A stretch of 64,000 nucleotides of DNA from Squalus acanthias. Its lineage: Eukaryota. The notes below the pieces were generated by a model. It had not been told where the DNA came from. It did no database searches and saw only the letters and a list, made by a program, of their open reading frames with translations. Position numbers and translations under genes: made by a program. Positions 61,728 through 64,000 of this stretch are shown here, piece by piece. The first letter of the stretch is position 1. Each line of letters opens with the position of its first letter. Location of the stretch: the NCBI GenBank assembly GCA_030390025.1, contig CM059432.1, positions 868,001 through 932,000 on the forward strand. The letters run 5' to 3'.

Positions 61728-63005
61728 CACCAAATTGGGGGGGGGGGGTGCGCGGATAGTCAAAACTGAGGAGGACTGCAACAAATTACAAGAAGACATT
61801 AATAAACTTGAAGAATGGGCGTATAATTGGCAAATGAAATTCAACACAGATAAATGTGAGGTATTACATTTTGGTAAGAAAAATAGGGAGGCCACATATT
61901 ACTTGGAAAATACGAATCTAAATGGGGTACAAGAGCAAAGGGATCTCGGAGTACAAATACACAAATCACTGAAAGTAGTGACACAGGTTATCAAGGCCAT
62001 AGAAAAAGCATGATGCGGAGATGCCGGTGTTGGACTGGGGTGGACAAAAGTAAGAAGTCGCACAACACCAGGTTATAGTCCAACAGCTTTATTTGAAATC
62101 ACAAGCTTTTGGAGCGGTGCTCCTTCGTCAGGTGAAGTGCTTGTGATTTCAAATAAAGCTGTTGGACTATAACCTGATAGAAAAAGCAAACCAAGCACTA
62201 GGGTTTATTTCTAAAGGGATAGAATTGAAAAGTGAAGAAGTTATGCTAACCTTGTATCGAACCCTGGTTAGACCACACTTGGAGTACTGCGTGCAATTCT
62301 GGTCGCCATATTATAAAAAGGATATAGAGGCACTGGAGAGGGTGCAAAAAAGATTTATAAGGATGATACCAGAAATGCGAGGGTATACATATCAGGAAAG
62401 GATGAACAGGCTGGGTCTCTTTTCGCTTGAAAAGAGAAGGCTGAGGGGTGACCTAATAGAGGTCTTTAAAATTATGAAAGGTTTTGATAGAGTGGATATA
62501 GAGAGAATGTTTCCCCTTGTGGGGAAGAGCAAAACTAGGGGCCATCAATATAAGATAGTCACCAAGAAATCAAATCGGGAATTCAGGAGAAACTTCTTTA
62601 CCCAGAGAGTGGTGAGAATGTGGAACTCGCTACCACAGGGAGTGGTTGAGGCGAATAGTATGGATGCATTTAAGGGGAAGCTGGACAAACATATGAGGGA
62701 GAAGGGAATAAAGGGTTATGCTGATAGAACAACAACAACAACTTGTATTTATATAGCGCCTTTAACATAGTAAAACGTCCCAAGGTGCTTCACAGGAGTA
62801 TTATAAGACAAAAAATTTGACACCGAGCCACATAAGGGGAAATTAGGACAGATGACCAAAAGCTTGGTCAAAGAGGTAGGTTTTAAGGAGCATCTTAAAA
62901 GAGTTAGATGAGGAAAGACGGGAGGAGGCTCAAGTGGAGCATAAACGCCGGCATGGACTGGTTGGGCCGAATGGCCTGTTTCTGTGCCGTATATCCTATG
63001 TAATC
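61728..63005 (+). mobile_element. 5'-truncated CR1 LINE (same family as 48665) with two nested inserts
   Basis: ORFs 61651-62013 and 62162-62770; interrupted by 62011-62176 and by a minus-strand L2 tail ~62728-62898. Confidence 0.9.
62011..62176 (-). mobile_element. Penelope-like short fold-back (family of 32501-33057) with a hammerhead motif
   Basis: Perfect 12-bp TSD atagaaaaagca; rc of 62103-62131 reads CTGACGA-a-ggagc/acc/gctcc-AAAA-gcTT (GAAA>AAAA); short inverted arm 62139-62176. Confidence 0.8.
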
Positions 63006-63179
63006 CTATATATGTGATATTTAGCAGTGAATACATCTGATATAATTCAATATTGATTATTTGATATCAATAGTTTTAAGTTGTCAATGAGGATTACTCA
63101 TTCAGTTTCAATAAACCTAATAAAATCATACTTTAACGCTCATATTTAAATAACTACTAAAAATGCTAAGTACTACAGA

Positions 63180-64000
63180 TCATAGAATTACATAGAATTC
63201 ACTGCACAGGCCATTCAACCCCAACTGGTCTGTGCTGGTGTTTATGCTCGACACGAGCCTCGTCCCACCCCACTTCATCTCACCCTATCAGCATAACCTT
63301 CAATTCCTTTCTCCCTCATGTGTTTATCTAGCTTCCCCTTAAATGCATCTACGCTATTCGCCTCAACCACTCCCTGTGGTAGCGAGTTCCACATTCTCAC
63401 CACTCTCTGGGTAAAGAAGTTTCTCCTGAATTCTTTAGTGACTATCTTATATTTATGGCCCCTAGTTTTGGACTCCCCCACAGGCGAGAACATTTTCTCT
63501 ACGTCTATCCTATCGCACCCTATCATAATTTTAATGACCTCTATATGGTCACCCCTCAGCCTCCCCTTTTGTAGAGAAAAGAGCCCCAGCCTGTTCAATC
63601 TTTCCTGATAATTGTAAAATCTCAATTCCGGTTTCATCCTTGTAGATATTTTTTGCACGTTCTCCAGTGCCTCCATATCCTTTTTGTAATATGGAGACCA
63701 GAACTGTGCACAGTACAATGTTCATCTAGTAATATAATTTGACTCGAATTTACCTGGGCCAGATCCTTCCTCAATTCGTTGATATCAGCCCTTCTCCAGT
63801 TAAGTATTTTTAGCCTAGATTGCTCCTTGTCCTTCTTCATAACTATTCTAAATCTTATGATACTATGATCACTATTCCCGTGGGGCAGGAAACATACTGA
63901 TCAAGAAAGCTCTCCTGAATACACTTCAGAGATTCCTCCTCCTATCTGCCCTTAACACAATCACTGTCCCATTCAATATTGGGGTAGTTAAAGTCTCCCA
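63180..64000 (-). mobile_element. CR1 fragments
   Basis: ORF 63275-63718 YCAQFWSPYYKKD...FFTQRVVRMWNSLP; ORF 63634-63840 LKILNWRRAD from an upstream ORF2 region. Confidence 0.85.

Overview
Eukaryotic (vertebrate) genomic DNA, almost certainly from a cartilaginous fish (shark): the repeats include HE1/V-SINE-like and SacSINE1/DeuSINE-like SINEs, CR1 and L2 LINEs, and Penelope-derived fold-backs. The whole window lies inside one + strand gene, a long-arm laminin alpha chain best matching LAMA3 (alpha3B). I traced 16 internal GT-AG exons (586-61639) that splice in frame into 622 uninterrupted codons, covering most of the LN domain and about 9 LE (laminin-EGF) repeats. The ~62 kb of intron is dominated by nested transposons. 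These are CR1/L2 LINE fragments, SINEs, many PIF/Harbinger-type MITEs (3-bp TSDs), a decayed Harbinger element with a spliced Myb/SANT gene, hAT MITEs (8-bp TSDs) and Penelope-like fold-backs carrying minimal hammerhead ribozyme motifs. There are also two 33-bp minisatellites inside SINEs and a 2.4-kb C-rich minisatellite. Most notable: (i) an alpha3-type sequence with three extra LE exons, giving an alpha5-like repeat count; (ii) a 132-codon in-frame read-through past one donor (LaNt-like isoform candidate); (iii) hammerhead-bearing palindromic elements with clean TSDs; (iv) a 1.8-kb MITE palindrome that could compete with a third copy for pairing across the two exons of LE2. Family names and exon numbers rest on recalled consensus sequences, not database searches. 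TE boundaries without TSDs are approximate.
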